37,779 nucleotides of DNA from Thermoplasmatales archaeon SW_10_69_26. GTDB taxonomy: Archaea > Thermoplasmatota > SW-10-69-26. The notes under the pieces were generated by a model. The model did no database searches, was not told the DNA's origin, and saw only the letters and a program-made list of their open reading frames with translations. The position numbers and the translations under genes are program-made. This document shows, piece by piece, positions 9,519-18,280 of the stretch. The stretch lies in NCBI GenBank assembly GCA_003009755.1, contig PXUB01000016.1, forward strand, positions 1-37,779, in the 5' to 3' direction. How positions within the stretch are numbered: position 1 is the stretch's first letter; the number at the start of each line of letters is the position of its first letter.

Positions 9519-9881
9519 ATGGAGCTGAAGGACGTGAAGGGGGTCGGGCGGTCGGCAGCTTCGAAGCTGCGAGCTGCCGGGATCGAGACCGTGGACGAGT
9601 TGGCCGAGCTGGATCTCCGCCGTCGCGACGTGGACGGGCTGTCCTCGCAGAACCTCACGAGCCTTCGCGACAACGCTCAGCGCCTGCTCGAAGCGCGAGA
9701 AGACGGGGGCCTGGAGCTCGTCGAAGGGCTTGGCCCCAGCGCTCGCCGCAAACTGGCGGACGCCGGGGTCGAGACGATCGACGACCTCGCGAACCTGGAT
9801 CTGCGCACCGCGGACGTCGAGGGGCTGTCGACCGATCACGTTCAGAAGCTCAAGCGCAACGCGCGCTACCTGGTGCCCTGA
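9519..9881 (+). CDS. Tandem helix-hairpin-helix protein (two RadA-N/HHH_5-like repeats)
   Basis: Two ~60-aa repeats: VKGVGRSAASKLRAAGIETVDELA and VEGLGPSARRKLADAGVETIDDLA. Confidence 0.85.
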   Translation: MELKDVKGVGRSAASKLRAAGIETVDELAELDLRRRDVDGLSSQNLTSLRDNAQRLLEAREDGGLELVEGLGPSARRKLADAGVETIDDLANLDLRTADVEGLSTDHVQKLKRNARYLVP

Positions 9882-9942
9882 CCACTGGCCATCGTCGTTC
9901 ATCGTCAGGTAGCCTTATCCCGCGATTGCGGGTTGCTCGTGC

Positions 9943-11091
9943 ATGAAGTTCGAGCTCACTCGGGAGCAGGAGCAGATCAAGAAGGCCGCCCACCAGCTCG
10001 CTGAGAAGGAGTTCCCCAAGTACGCGAGGGACGCCGACCAGAGCGAGGAGTGGCCTCGCGATCTGTTCGACACGGTGGCCGATCAGAACTTCATCGCCGT
10101 CACGATCCCGCAGGAGTACGGGGGGCCCGGGCTCGGGAACCTCGAGAACGCGATCATCATGGAGCAGTTCTCCCGGGTGGACGGCGGACTGGGCGTGGCG
10201 ATGGGCGCCACGGCCTTCGGTTCCGAGCTTCTCTACAAGGCCGGCACCGAGGAGCAAAAGGAAACCTGGCTGCCCAAGCTGGCGTCCGGCGACGCCATCA
10301 GCGGGGCCGCGATCAGCGAGGCCAACGCCGGCTCGGACGTCGCCAGCGCCAAGTGCTCGGCCGAGAAGGATGGCGACGAGTGGGTGCTCGACGGCCAGAA
10401 GTACTGGATCACGAACGCCACGATCGCCGACTTCCTCGTCGTGCTCGCCCAGACCGACCCCGAGGCCGAGGACCGCCACGACCGGCACTCCGTGTTCCTG
10501 GTCGAGACGGACCGCGAGGGCGTGTCGTCGAGCAAGATCACCGGCAAGCTCGGCATCCGCGCCTCGCCGACCGCCGAGGTCATCCTCGATAACGTGCGCG
10601 TGCCCGAGGAGAACCTGGTGGGCGAGCGCGGCATGGGCTTCCGCTACGTGATGCGGTTCTTCAACCAGACCCGCATCATGGTCGCCGCCCAAGGCGTCGG
10701 GATCGCCCAAGGCGCCCTGGACCGCTCGATCGCGTACGCCGGTCAGCGCGAGCAGTTCGGCCAAGCGATCGCCAACTTCCAGGCGATCCAGTTCAAGCTC
10801 GCCGAGATGGAGACCCGCATCGAGTCCGCCCGGTTGCTGACCCACAAGGCGGCCTGGCAGGCCGACCACGGCGAACCGGATGCCTCCGCGTCGAGCAAGG
10901 CCAAGTGGTTCGCCGGCGAGACGGCGGTCGACTGCGCCGACGAGGCGGTGCAGATCCACGGCGGCTCGGGGTACGTCGACGAGATGGACGTCGAGCGGTT
11001 CTACCGCGACGCGAAGATCACCGAGATCTACGAGGGCACCAAGGAGATCCACAAGCTCATCATCGCTCGCGACCTCCTCGGCATGACGTAG
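9943..11091 (+). CDS. Acyl-CoA dehydrogenase
   Basis: IPQEYGG.G, SEANAGSD, LDGQKYWITN, KLGIRAS.T, REQFG..I..FQ, QIHGG.GY, IYEGT.EI. Confidence 0.95.
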   Translation: MKFELTREQEQIKKAAHQLAEKEFPKYARDADQSEEWPRDLFDTVADQNFIAVTIPQEYGGPGLGNLENAIIMEQFSRVDGGLGVAMGATAFGSELLYKAGTEEQKETWLPKLASGDAISGAAISEANAGSDVASAKCSAEKDGDEWVLDGQKYWITNATIADFLVVLAQTDPEAEDRHDRHSVFLVETDREGVSSSKITGKLGIRASPTAEVILDNVRVPEENLVGERGMGFRYVMRFFNQTRIMVAAQGVGIAQGALDRSIAYAGQREQFGQAIANFQAIQFKLAEMETRIESARLLTHKAAWQADHGEPDASASSKAKWFAGETAVDCADEAVQIHGGSGYVDEMDVERFYRDAKITEIYEGTKEIHKLIIARDLLGMT

Positions 11092-11097
11092 GCGGGC

Positions 11098-11982
11098 CTA
11101 CTCGGTCGGGGGCAGGGCGCCGCGGTCCACGGCCATCGCCGTCCCGGCCACGACCTGGGTGACCTCGGCCATCGAGGCGTTCGAGACGTGCTCGGGCGTG
11201 TCGTGGGGGGTGTGCCAGGTCCACGGGAACGGCGTGGTGCCGTTGTCGTCGAGGTGGATCAGGTCGATCGCGGGCACCTCGCGTTGGACGAAGGGGACGT
11301 GGTCGTCGGTGATCGTTGGCCCCGACTCGTTGCGGAACGAGGCAGCCTCCAGGCGCTCGGCGACGCCGAAGGTGAGATCGGTGACGGTCCCCGACTCGCT
11401 GTGGCTGTAGCCTTCGCGCTTGATCGATAGCGGATCGTGGCCGGGCATGTCGACGAGGAGGAAGGCGTCGATCGCGGCCAGCTCGTCCTCGGTCATCTGC
11501 TCGGCGGCGTGCGTGGAGCCCTTGATGTAGCCCTCGGCGCCTTGGCCTTGGTCCTCGACGTCGAAGAGGGCGATGTTGACGGTCGCGTTCGTGGCGTTGA
11601 CCTCGCCGATCCCGTCGATCTCGACAGGGAACGTGTTCGTCTCGACGTCGGCGCCGGCTTCCTCGAGCATCGCTACGAGGTCGGGGATCGTGGCCTCGTG
11701 GCTGGCGGTTCCGGGCGTGCGGTAGCGAGGCTCGGTCCCGTTGGTGTAGACCTGCCGTTCGACGAGTTCGCCCAGCCGGGCCGGGTCGGGCGAGGGCACC
11801 GTCTCGGGCGCCGGAACGCGGTCCCAGGCGATCGTGGTCCGGGGGGCGGTGGTGTCGGGCTCCTCGTCGGTCGTGTTCGTCGGCTCCTCGCCGACGGGGG
11901 GCCCCGCCTGTTCGCCGGCGCACCCGGCCCAAGCGCCCACCATGAGCACGCAAGCCAGGACCAAGCACCGCGTATCCGTCAT
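11098..11982 (-). CDS. M28/glutaminyl-cyclase-like lipoprotein, apparently with an in-frame internal deletion
   Basis: Lipobox WAGC. R.PGT..H, LFDVED.G, LLVDMPG, ITDDHVPF, WTWHT..DT are present. The HYD...GAND...LLE metal-binding segment is absent. Confidence 0.75.
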   Translation of the reverse strand: MTDTRCLVLACVLMVGAWAGCAGEQAGPPVGEEPTNTTDEEPDTTAPRTTIAWDRVPAPETVPSPDPARLGELVERQVYTNGTEPRYRTPGTASHEATIPDLVAMLEEAGADVETNTFPVEIDGIGEVNATNATVNIALFDVEDQGQGAEGYIKGSTHAAEQMTEDELAAIDAFLLVDMPGHDPLSIKREGYSHSESGTVTDLTFGVAERLEAASFRNESGPTITDDHVPFVQREVPAIDLIHLDDNGTTPFPWTWHTPHDTPEHVSNASMAEVTQVVAGTAMAVDRGALPPTE

Positions 11983-12129
11983 CCCAGCGGGTAACCGAGA
12001 CCTTGGGTAGGAAACTTCCGGGTTGGGCCAGGTCAGGTTGTTGTCACTGGGACCGTTACACAACCTCCATTAACCGTCCACCTCTTCTTGCCAGTGGGAC
12101 GTGGGTGGTGTGACCTGAGCGGATCCTCG

Positions 12130-12312
12130 ATGCAGACCCCCGAGTATCTGAACGCGTACCTCAACGGGATGCAGTTCGTCCTGCTGGCGATCGAGGGGCG
12201 TATCGACGAGTTCGACGACGAGGAACGCGAGACGTTGCGCGCGTTCCTCGACGAGTACCACGAGATCGCGATGCGGATGCGCGAGCGATCGCGGTTGGGC
12301 GTCAGCCCGTAG
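12130..12312 (+). CDS. Small acidic helical hypothetical protein (60 aa)
   Basis: Host-like codon usage and acidic composition: MQTPEYLNAYLNGMQFVLLAIEGRIDEFDDEE... Confidence 0.65.
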   Translation: MQTPEYLNAYLNGMQFVLLAIEGRIDEFDDEERETLRAFLDEYHEIAMRMRERSRLGVSP

Positions 12313-12916
12313 GTTCGCCGGCGAGTGCTGCGGTCTCGGCGGCGTCCACGCGTTCCACCGTCGGGTCCTGCGGCAGGGTGTCGGGTCCGGCGGCGAGGCT
12401 CGTCGTCAAGGCTCCGGTCTCGCCGGGCTCGATGCCGAGCTTGGCCATGTCGACGACCCCTCGCACCGGCTCCGCTGCTCCGACGCCGGTCACGCGGTCG
12501 GCGAGGTCGGGCGACAGCACGTAGGCGTGGTGTTGGTCGCCGTCGAGATCACCGTAGGTGTACTCGTACACCGTCCAGACGCGGTCGCCGTCCTCGTAGG
12601 CGTACATCGTACCGGTGGGCGTCATCGTGGCCGCGGTGGGAGCCGGCGCCTCGGCGTTGGTCACGTAGATGGCGGCACCGGGCGGGGCCGAGCAGCCGTC
12701 GGCGCCCAGCCACGCCATCGCGTCCTCGACCGGGTCCTCGGTCTGGCACACGACGAAGGCCTGGATGCTGGCGAGGTCGTTGGGCCGGTTCTCGTCGATC
12801 GTGAGCTCGACGTAGGCGGTGTGCCCGGAACTGGCGGTCGTCGTCACGCCGGCGACGGCGGCGCCGGTCGGAGCCAGCAGCAACGCGATAGCCCAAGCTG
12901 TGCGTGCGTCGAGCAT
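12302..12916 (-). CDS. Secreted hypothetical protein
   Basis: Signal peptide MLDARTAWAIALLLAPTGAAVA. Acidic and Thr-rich with one Cys pair. Confidence 0.7.
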   Translation of the reverse strand: MLDARTAWAIALLLAPTGAAVAGVTTTASSGHTAYVELTIDENRPNDLASIQAFVVCQTEDPVEDAMAWLGADGCSAPPGAAIYVTNAEAPAPTAATMTPTGTMYAYEDGDRVWTVYEYTYGDLDGDQHHAYVLSPDLADRVTGVGAAEPVRGVVDMAKLGIEPGETGALTTSLAAGPDTLPQDPTVERVDAAETAALAGEPTG

Positions 12917-13149
12917 CTCGGTCCCCCACGGAGCCGGAACCGCGGTCCGCTCAGCCCCCAAGCCGGGCGGATCCAGGCTGTCGTCACGACAGCCAGGGTT
13001 CCCGTGTAACTCCGCTTCGTGACAACATGATCGAGCGGGTATTTATATCCTCGTCAAACGAAAGAATGGGTGGAGGTGGGAGAGCCAGAGGGAAGACAAG
13101 AAACGGAGGAAGACGGCCCCGGCGAGGGGCCGTGGGGACTCGACCGGGC

Positions 13150-14352
13150 TCAGTAGTACAGCTGGTCCTGCAGCCACTCTCGGGATGGGGTCTCGAGCTG
13201 CTCCTCCTTGGCGCGGCGGACGCGGCGCTCCAGCCGGTCGACGGCCAGTCGGGTGGCGTGGGCCATTCCCCAACCCTCGCCGACGGCGTAGAACTTGCCC
13301 ATGTCGGAGGTCAGGTTCAGCCGGATGTGCCACATGTCCCGCCGGCGGTTGCGGTCCTTGTGCTTCTTGGCGTGGATCTGGATGATCGCCGGCTCCAACC
13401 GGGACTGGTAGCGGCCCAGGAAGGAGCGGATCTCGCCGGGGGCCTCGGTGGACTCGTAGCCCTCGCGGCTCGTGTCCTTGCTGGAGAAGTGGATCACGAC
13501 GTCGGGCGCCTCGCCGCCGTAGAGCGTGATCGGGGACAGCATGTCCCGGCGCGTGATGATGCCGTAGGGGAACTCGCCCTCCTTGGTGATGACCACGCTG
13601 CCGATCTCCTCGCCGTGGATGAGGTCGGCGGCCTCCTCGTACGTCGAGCCGCGAGGCAGGGTGATGACCCCCTCGGTCATGATGCCCTCGAGGGGGACGG
13701 CCATGGGTTTGGATCTCTCACCCGACTTCCACCCCTGTTGATCGTGGCCCTTGAGCGGGGCGATCACGCGACGGATGATGTCGTGGATCGTGACGATGCC
13801 GACCAGACGGCCGTCGTCGACGATCGGGAGGTGGGAGAACCCCTCGCGCTTCATGCGGGAGATCGCCTTGGCGACGCTGTCGTCGGCGTCGGCGGTCTTG
13901 ACATCCTCGGTCATGTGCTGCGAGACGGGGGCATCGCCCAGCTCGCGGTCCCCGGCGGCCTTGATGACGTCCTCGCGCACGATGACGCCCTGGACGCGCA
14001 TGAGGTTGTCCTCTTCCTCGACGACGGCGACGCCGCGGGCGTTCGTGTCGTTGATGGCGCGCGCCACGTCGACGAGGGAGTCCTCGGGGCTCATCGTGGG
14101 GTTGGCGTGCTGGGGGATCACGTCCTCGGCCTGGGTGTTCTCGTAGTCGGCCGGGTGCCGCAGCACGTTCCGTTCCGAGAGGAACCCCTCATACCGGCCC
14201 TTCTCGTCGGTCACGACGACGACCGGCGAGCGCTCGTCGGCGAAGATCGCCAGGACCTTCGACGACGGGGTTTCGGGGCGCACGGACGGGACGTCTGTCC
14301 GCATCACGTCTTGGGCCTTGAGATCGGTGAGGGAATCGCCGGCAGTGGGCAT
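13150..14352 (-). CDS. Four-CBS-domain protein with C-terminal HPF/RaiA-like domain (HibA-like ribosome hibernation factor)
   Basis: Four CBS motifs (e.g. FSHLPIVDDGRLVGIVT, YGIITRRD). The C-terminal ~100 aa has beta-alpha-beta-beta-beta-alpha pattern ending AVGEGWGMAHATRLAVDRLERRV. ATG at 14352. Confidence 0.8.
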   Translation of the reverse strand: MPTAGDSLTDLKAQDVMRTDVPSVRPETPSSKVLAIFADERSPVVVVTDEKGRYEGFLSERNVLRHPADYENTQAEDVIPQHANPTMSPEDSLVDVARAINDTNARGVAVVEEEDNLMRVQGVIVREDVIKAAGDRELGDAPVSQHMTEDVKTADADDSVAKAISRMKREGFSHLPIVDDGRLVGIVTIHDIIRRVIAPLKGHDQQGWKSGERSKPMAVPLEGIMTEGVITLPRGSTYEEAADLIHGEEIGSVVITKEGEFPYGIITRRDMLSPITLYGGEAPDVVIHFSSKDTSREGYESTEAPGEIRSFLGRYQSRLEPAIIQIHAKKHKDRNRRRDMWHIRLNLTSDMGKFYAVGEGWGMAHATRLAVDRLERRVRRAKEEQLETPSREWLQDQLYY

Positions 14353-14462
14353 ACTGGTCGTTGCTCGGTAGGCCGCCGCCCCGGTTTGACTTTTGGTATA
14401 GCGGACCCAGCCGTCCTTTCGAACGCAGAACACATCCTACAGGCTCCGCATGAGGGGGCACG

Positions 14463-15386
14463 ATGTGCCGGTTCGTCGCTTACCACGGGTCACCCATCTC
14501 GCTCGACGAGCTGCTTTACAAGCCCGAGCACAGCATCATCCACCAGAGCACGCACGCCTTCGAGCGCGACGAACCGCTCAACGGGGACGGCTGGGGCGTG
14601 GGGTGGTACACCTTCCAGTACCAACGGGACCCGGCGTTGTACCGCACCGTCCACCCCGCGTGGTCGGACGACAACATGCGGCAGATCTCGCCCGCGGTCC
14701 GCACGCCGGTGTTCCTGTCCCACGTGCGCGCCGCCAGCCCGGGCCTGGCCGTCCAGCAGCTCAACTGCCACCCCTTCCAAGGGGGGCAGGATGGCCGCGA
14801 GGACGAGACCGAGCTGTCCCCGATGGAGCGGGGTCGTCGCCGGCTGCTGTTCATGCACAACGGCAAGATCGGCGGCTACCGCGACATCATCCGCCACCTG
14901 TACCGCAAGCTGCCCGACGATCTGTTCTTCAGCGTGCGCGGTACGACGGACAGCGAGCTGGCCTTCGCCGTGCTCCAGGACTACCTGGGCCAGTACGTCA
15001 TCGACCCCAGCGTCGACGACTTCCAGCGCGCCATGGAGGACATGTTGGGGTACATGAACGGGTTGAAGACCAAGCTGAGCCGCGAGGAGGAGACCACGGA
15101 CGCGAACATGTGCATCACGGACGGCAAGCGGATGCTAGCCACCCGCTATGCGCACCCAGACCCGCAGGACGCGCCCAGCCTGTACGTGGCCACGGCCGAC
15201 CGCTTCTACTGCGATGCCGACGGCGGGTTCGACACGGTGAACCCCGAGGGTCGCGAGTCGGTGCTCGTCGCCAGCGAACGCCTGTTCGAGGACGAGCGCG
15301 TCTGGCAGCGGGTCCCCCTCGACCACGCGGTGCGCGTCCACGTCGACGGCACCGTGTCCATGGAGCCGCTGGACGTCGCCGGCTGA
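14463..15386 (+). CDS. Class II glutamine amidotransferase (EgtC/YafJ/Dug3-like Ntn hydrolase)
   Basis: N-terminal MCRF nucleophile, NGDGWGVGWY, HVRAAS, NCHPF, FMHNG, GTTDSE, VASE. Confidence 0.92.
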   Translation: MCRFVAYHGSPISLDELLYKPEHSIIHQSTHAFERDEPLNGDGWGVGWYTFQYQRDPALYRTVHPAWSDDNMRQISPAVRTPVFLSHVRAASPGLAVQQLNCHPFQGGQDGREDETELSPMERGRRRLLFMHNGKIGGYRDIIRHLYRKLPDDLFFSVRGTTDSELAFAVLQDYLGQYVIDPSVDDFQRAMEDMLGYMNGLKTKLSREEETTDANMCITDGKRMLATRYAHPDPQDAPSLYVATADRFYCDADGGFDTVNPEGRESVLVASERLFEDERVWQRVPLDHAVRVHVDGTVSMEPLDVAG

Positions 15387-15453
15387 CGGATGGCTGCGAG
15401 GGGTCCAAAGCCATCAAGGACGAGCCCGTTTCCACCGCCGAGGCGCCACCGCG

Positions 15454-15924
15454 ATGAAGATCACGAAGACCAGCCTGCTCGAGGCCCCACCGGAGTGGGT
15501 CTGGGACCGCATCCAGGAACCCGCGGCGATGAAGGAGATGTCCAAGCCGCTCGTCTCCCTGGAACCGATCGACCCGCCGCGGTTCCCAGAGGAATGGGTC
15601 GACGGGGAGACCTACGAGGCGCAGGTCGAGCTGCTTGGCCTGATCCCGGTGGCTCGACAGACGATCGCGCCCCGACGCCTCGAGGCCGACGGAACACCGG
15701 GGGAGGCCCTCTACCGGTTCAAGGACGAGGGCTCGGGGACCCTGTTCCCGACGTGGGACCACACGATGACGGTGCGAGAGACCAGCGACGGGGCCTCGGC
15801 CTACACCGACGAGATCGAGGTCGGCGCGGGCGTGTTCACCCCGCTGGTCTATCCGATCGTGAAGTTGCTCGTCGCCCACCGGCACCGGCGCTGGCGCGAG
15901 TTGGCAAGCCAGGAGACGAGCTAG
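15454..15924 (+). CDS. SRPBCC/polyketide-cyclase-like protein
   Basis: I.APPEWVW, W.HTMTV, YTDEIEV, and C-terminal helix HRHRRW. Confidence 0.75.
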   Translation: MKITKTSLLEAPPEWVWDRIQEPAAMKEMSKPLVSLEPIDPPRFPEEWVDGETYEAQVELLGLIPVARQTIAPRRLEADGTPGEALYRFKDEGSGTLFPTWDHTMTVRETSDGASAYTDEIEVGAGVFTPLVYPIVKLLVAHRHRRWRELASQETS

Positions 15925-16200
15925 GGAGACCTCGCGAGGGAGGGCCCCGGGATCGGGACCGTTCGGCCGTCACGCAGGACGGGATCGGCTGGGATCATCC
16001 AGTCTCGTTCGTTGCTGGGCAACGTTCTCCGGCGTCCCGTTCCTGCCCGTCTCTTGGTGGCGGCTGCGAGGTGATGGGTCTTTCGCCAGGAACCGTCGAG
16101 GGAGGGCCGGGTGCCGGCCGACCCGTCATCGGGCCGACGCGAGACCGAGCGATATGCGCAAACCTTAGGAACGCTGTCCCCTACCCCCGGATGTCCTCTC

Positions 16201-16283
16201 GCGGGGGTCGCCAAGCGGTCAACGGCGCGAGGCTTAGGACCTCGTCCCATAGGGGTTCGCAGGTTCGAATCCTGTCCCCCGCA
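16201..16283 (+). tRNA. tRNA-Leu (anticodon TAG)
   Basis: Acceptor stem GCGGGGG/CCCCCGC plus discriminator A. Anticodon arm CGAGG-CTTAGGA-CCTCG, long variable arm, T-loop GTTCGAATC. CCA is not directly encoded (followed by TCCA). Confidence 0.96.
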
Positions 16284-16580
16284 TCCACAACGCCGAGGGG
16301 GACAGGATTCGAACGACGTTTGATCGCGAAGGCCGACACCCGTCGAACGGCCTTCGCGAGAGCCCGTCCGAGCCTGCGAGGACGGGCGAAATCCTGTCCC
16401 CCGCATCCACAACGCCGAGGGGGACAGGATGAGAACCCTGGTTCGATCCTGAAGACCGACGAACACCGCCCGGTCTTCAGGAGAGCCCGAACACACGAAC
16501 CGCACCACGTTCGGGCGAAATCCTATCCCCCGCATCCACAACGCCGAGGGGACAGAATGAGAACCCTGGTTCGATCCTGA
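16263..16580 (+). repeat. tRNA-linked structured repeat array (3 copies of the tRNA 3' end, period 122/129 bp)
   Basis: ~41-bp unit AATCCT(G/A)TCCCCCGCATCCACAACGCCGAGGGG(G)ACAG(G/A)AT at 16268, 16390 and 16519, with hairpin-rich spacers. Confidence 0.9.
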
Positions 16581-16712
16581 CAACCGACGACACTACCCCG
16601 AGCGACCCCCTGTCCCTCCTGCTGCCTCATCCCGCCCCACACCTTTGCCCGGATGGCTCCCTGATGCCCGGCTGACGCGGGAGGATCGGCCTGACCGTCG
16701 GCGGGCGAGCCC

Positions 16713-17384
16713 TAGACTGCCGGCTGTGCTTGGGTTAAGCTCTCGCCGCCCTCAGGCGGTGAAAGCGCGGAGCCGAGACGAAGGTTCGCCCGGATCGAAG
16801 ATCCGGACTCTCGCGAGGATCCGCCCCTGAGGCCGGCCTCGCGTGCAGGCGCCGGTCTGAGGCGGGCAATCTCGTTGTCGCCCTCCGTCGACAACCCACA
16901 GGGGGTTTCCTTCCTCGGGCTCCGCGACCTTGCCTCGCTCATTCGCACGAGCCCTCCGGGCTCGTACTCTCGGCAGACCGTGCCCGGTCTCCCGAGGGTG
17001 CTGACCGTTGGCTCTCAATAGAGGCTGCCTTCTCCCGCTGGTCGAACTGGCGCGATATGAAAACTGCCAACGCCCGAGCTAGAGGAACTGGAACTCAGTC
17101 TCGGAGGGTCCGGGGTCCCGCCAGGTTACGAGTTCTGACGGGAGTCGCATCGGGGGGCAGAGGAGGAAAAGGGCCCTTGTCGTCCGTGACCGGGCGGTCG
17201 AGCTGGTGATCGGCGGCACCGAGCGCCCTCGTCTTTTTCGGTCAACCCGTCTCTCCCGGTTGGCTTGATGGGTTAGATGGACTGGTCACGGTCCGTTGGC
17301 CGCACGAAGCCCGATTGAAAGGCCGCGTTCAGCACCCTCCCGAGACCGGCGCGAGAGCGTAAGCAAAACACGTCCGGCAGTCTA
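16713..17384. mobile_element. Non-autonomous TIR element, copy 2 (672 bp, long form)
   Basis: TIRs TAGACTGCCGG/CCGGCAGTCTA. The first ~50 bp and last ~42 bp match copy 1, and internal blocks match copy 3. No transposase ORF recognised. Confidence 0.8.
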
Positions 17385-17408
17385 GGCTGGACCTCTTCGA
17401 TTGCCTTC

Positions 17409-17885
17409 CTACCCGTCTCCGTCCCCGCCGTCGACGATCTCGGGCTTGCCGAGCGTGGTCTGCTCGAGCTCGTCCTTCTCGACCTCCTCCTTGACGCCCA
17501 CGTCGAGATCCTCGCTCCAGTCCCCCGTCTCCTCGGCAGCGCGCTCGATCAGCTTCTGGCGCTGAGCCGCGCTGTCCTCCTGCCAGCCGGTACCGAGAGC
17601 GATCGCGGCGATGATGTCGGCCTGCAGCTGCCCGAGGTACCGGGAGATGATCACGAACAGGCCGGTGAACACGACCGTGATCCCTGTCGTCGCGCGCGCC
17701 AGCCGTTGGGTGAGCTCGCGGACCCCGGCGAGCGGGGGGAGCACGCTGGCGATCCAGGCAGCTGCCGTCACGATGAACCCGATGTTGAGCAGGAGGATGA
17801 CGAACAGGCGGACGCGGACGGCCAAGCGCAGGCTTTCGGCCCGCTGTTCGAGGACCTCCGAGTAGGGGGAGGCGAAGTCCTGCAT
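17409..17885 (-). CDS. Membrane protein with two TM helices and an acidic tail
   Basis: Hydrophobic segments LFVILLLNIGFIVTAAAWIASVL and TGITVVFTGLFVII. Start uncertain. Confidence 0.7.
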   Translation of the reverse strand: MQDFASPYSEVLEQRAESLRLAVRVRLFVILLLNIGFIVTAAAWIASVLPPLAGVRELTQRLARATTGITVVFTGLFVIISRYLGQLQADIIAAIALGTGWQEDSAAQRQKLIERAAEETGDWSEDLDVGVKEEVEKDELEQTTLGKPEIVDGGDGDG

Positions 17886-18075
17886 GTGGTCATCGATCGC
17901 TTCGACGAGGTGCAAATACCCGGTCTTGGCGTGCCAACCCAGCCGGGAGTGGAACGGGAACATCGCTTGGGGAAGAGGCCCCGCAACCTTCAACCATGGC
18001 CCGGAGGGGGGTCCTGCCGGTTGCGACGACCGCGTCCGTGGGGAAGCGGCCCAGAGCGGGCTGTCTGGTTAAGCA

Positions 18076-18200
18076 GGGGCCGCGAAGGACACGAAGGATC
18101 GCCAAGGCCACGAAGGGCCTGTGACTCGCCGCCGGGCGGCTTTGTCACGGCAGCTGCTCCCAGTTGTGCCCTGGCGTCCCTTCGCGTACTTGGTGGTCCC
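18076..18200. repeat. REPIN-like imperfect long hairpin built of C(A/G)C(G/C)AAG units
   Basis: Four heptamer units on the left arm, complementary units on the right arm, central GTGAC...GTCAC / GCCGCC-GGCGGC hairpin. Confidence 0.7.
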
Positions 18201-18240
18201 CCCCCCGTTTCTTATCCTTACAGCGCGGGCCCAGAGGGCA

Positions 18241-18253
18241 AAACGGTTAAAGG
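18241..18253 (+). promoter_or_regulatory. Putative BRE/TATA promoter of the DRG GTPase gene (leaderless)
   Basis: AAACGGTTAAAG about 30 nt upstream of ATG 18281 in otherwise GC-rich DNA. Similar motifs precede starts at 5080, 8543(-), 16201, 25714 and 31886. Confidence 0.55.
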
Positions 18254-18280
18254 CGCGGCCCTCACGTCTTGGCTGTCCGG

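Noticed and set aside
16263-16580. CRISPR array interpretation of the three repeats
   Set aside because: The repeats derive from the tRNA 3' end, the spacers are ~80-90 bp and structurally homologous to each other, and no cas genes are present.
15921-16583. ORFs with repeated peptides (PSALWMRG, KSCPPHPQRRG)
   Set aside because: They are translations of the tRNA and its DNA repeats, not credible proteins.
16263-17400. Integrated provirus or genomic island at tRNA-Leu
   Set aside because: No integrase, and the att-like duplications are only ~125 bp apart with housekeeping genes on both sides.
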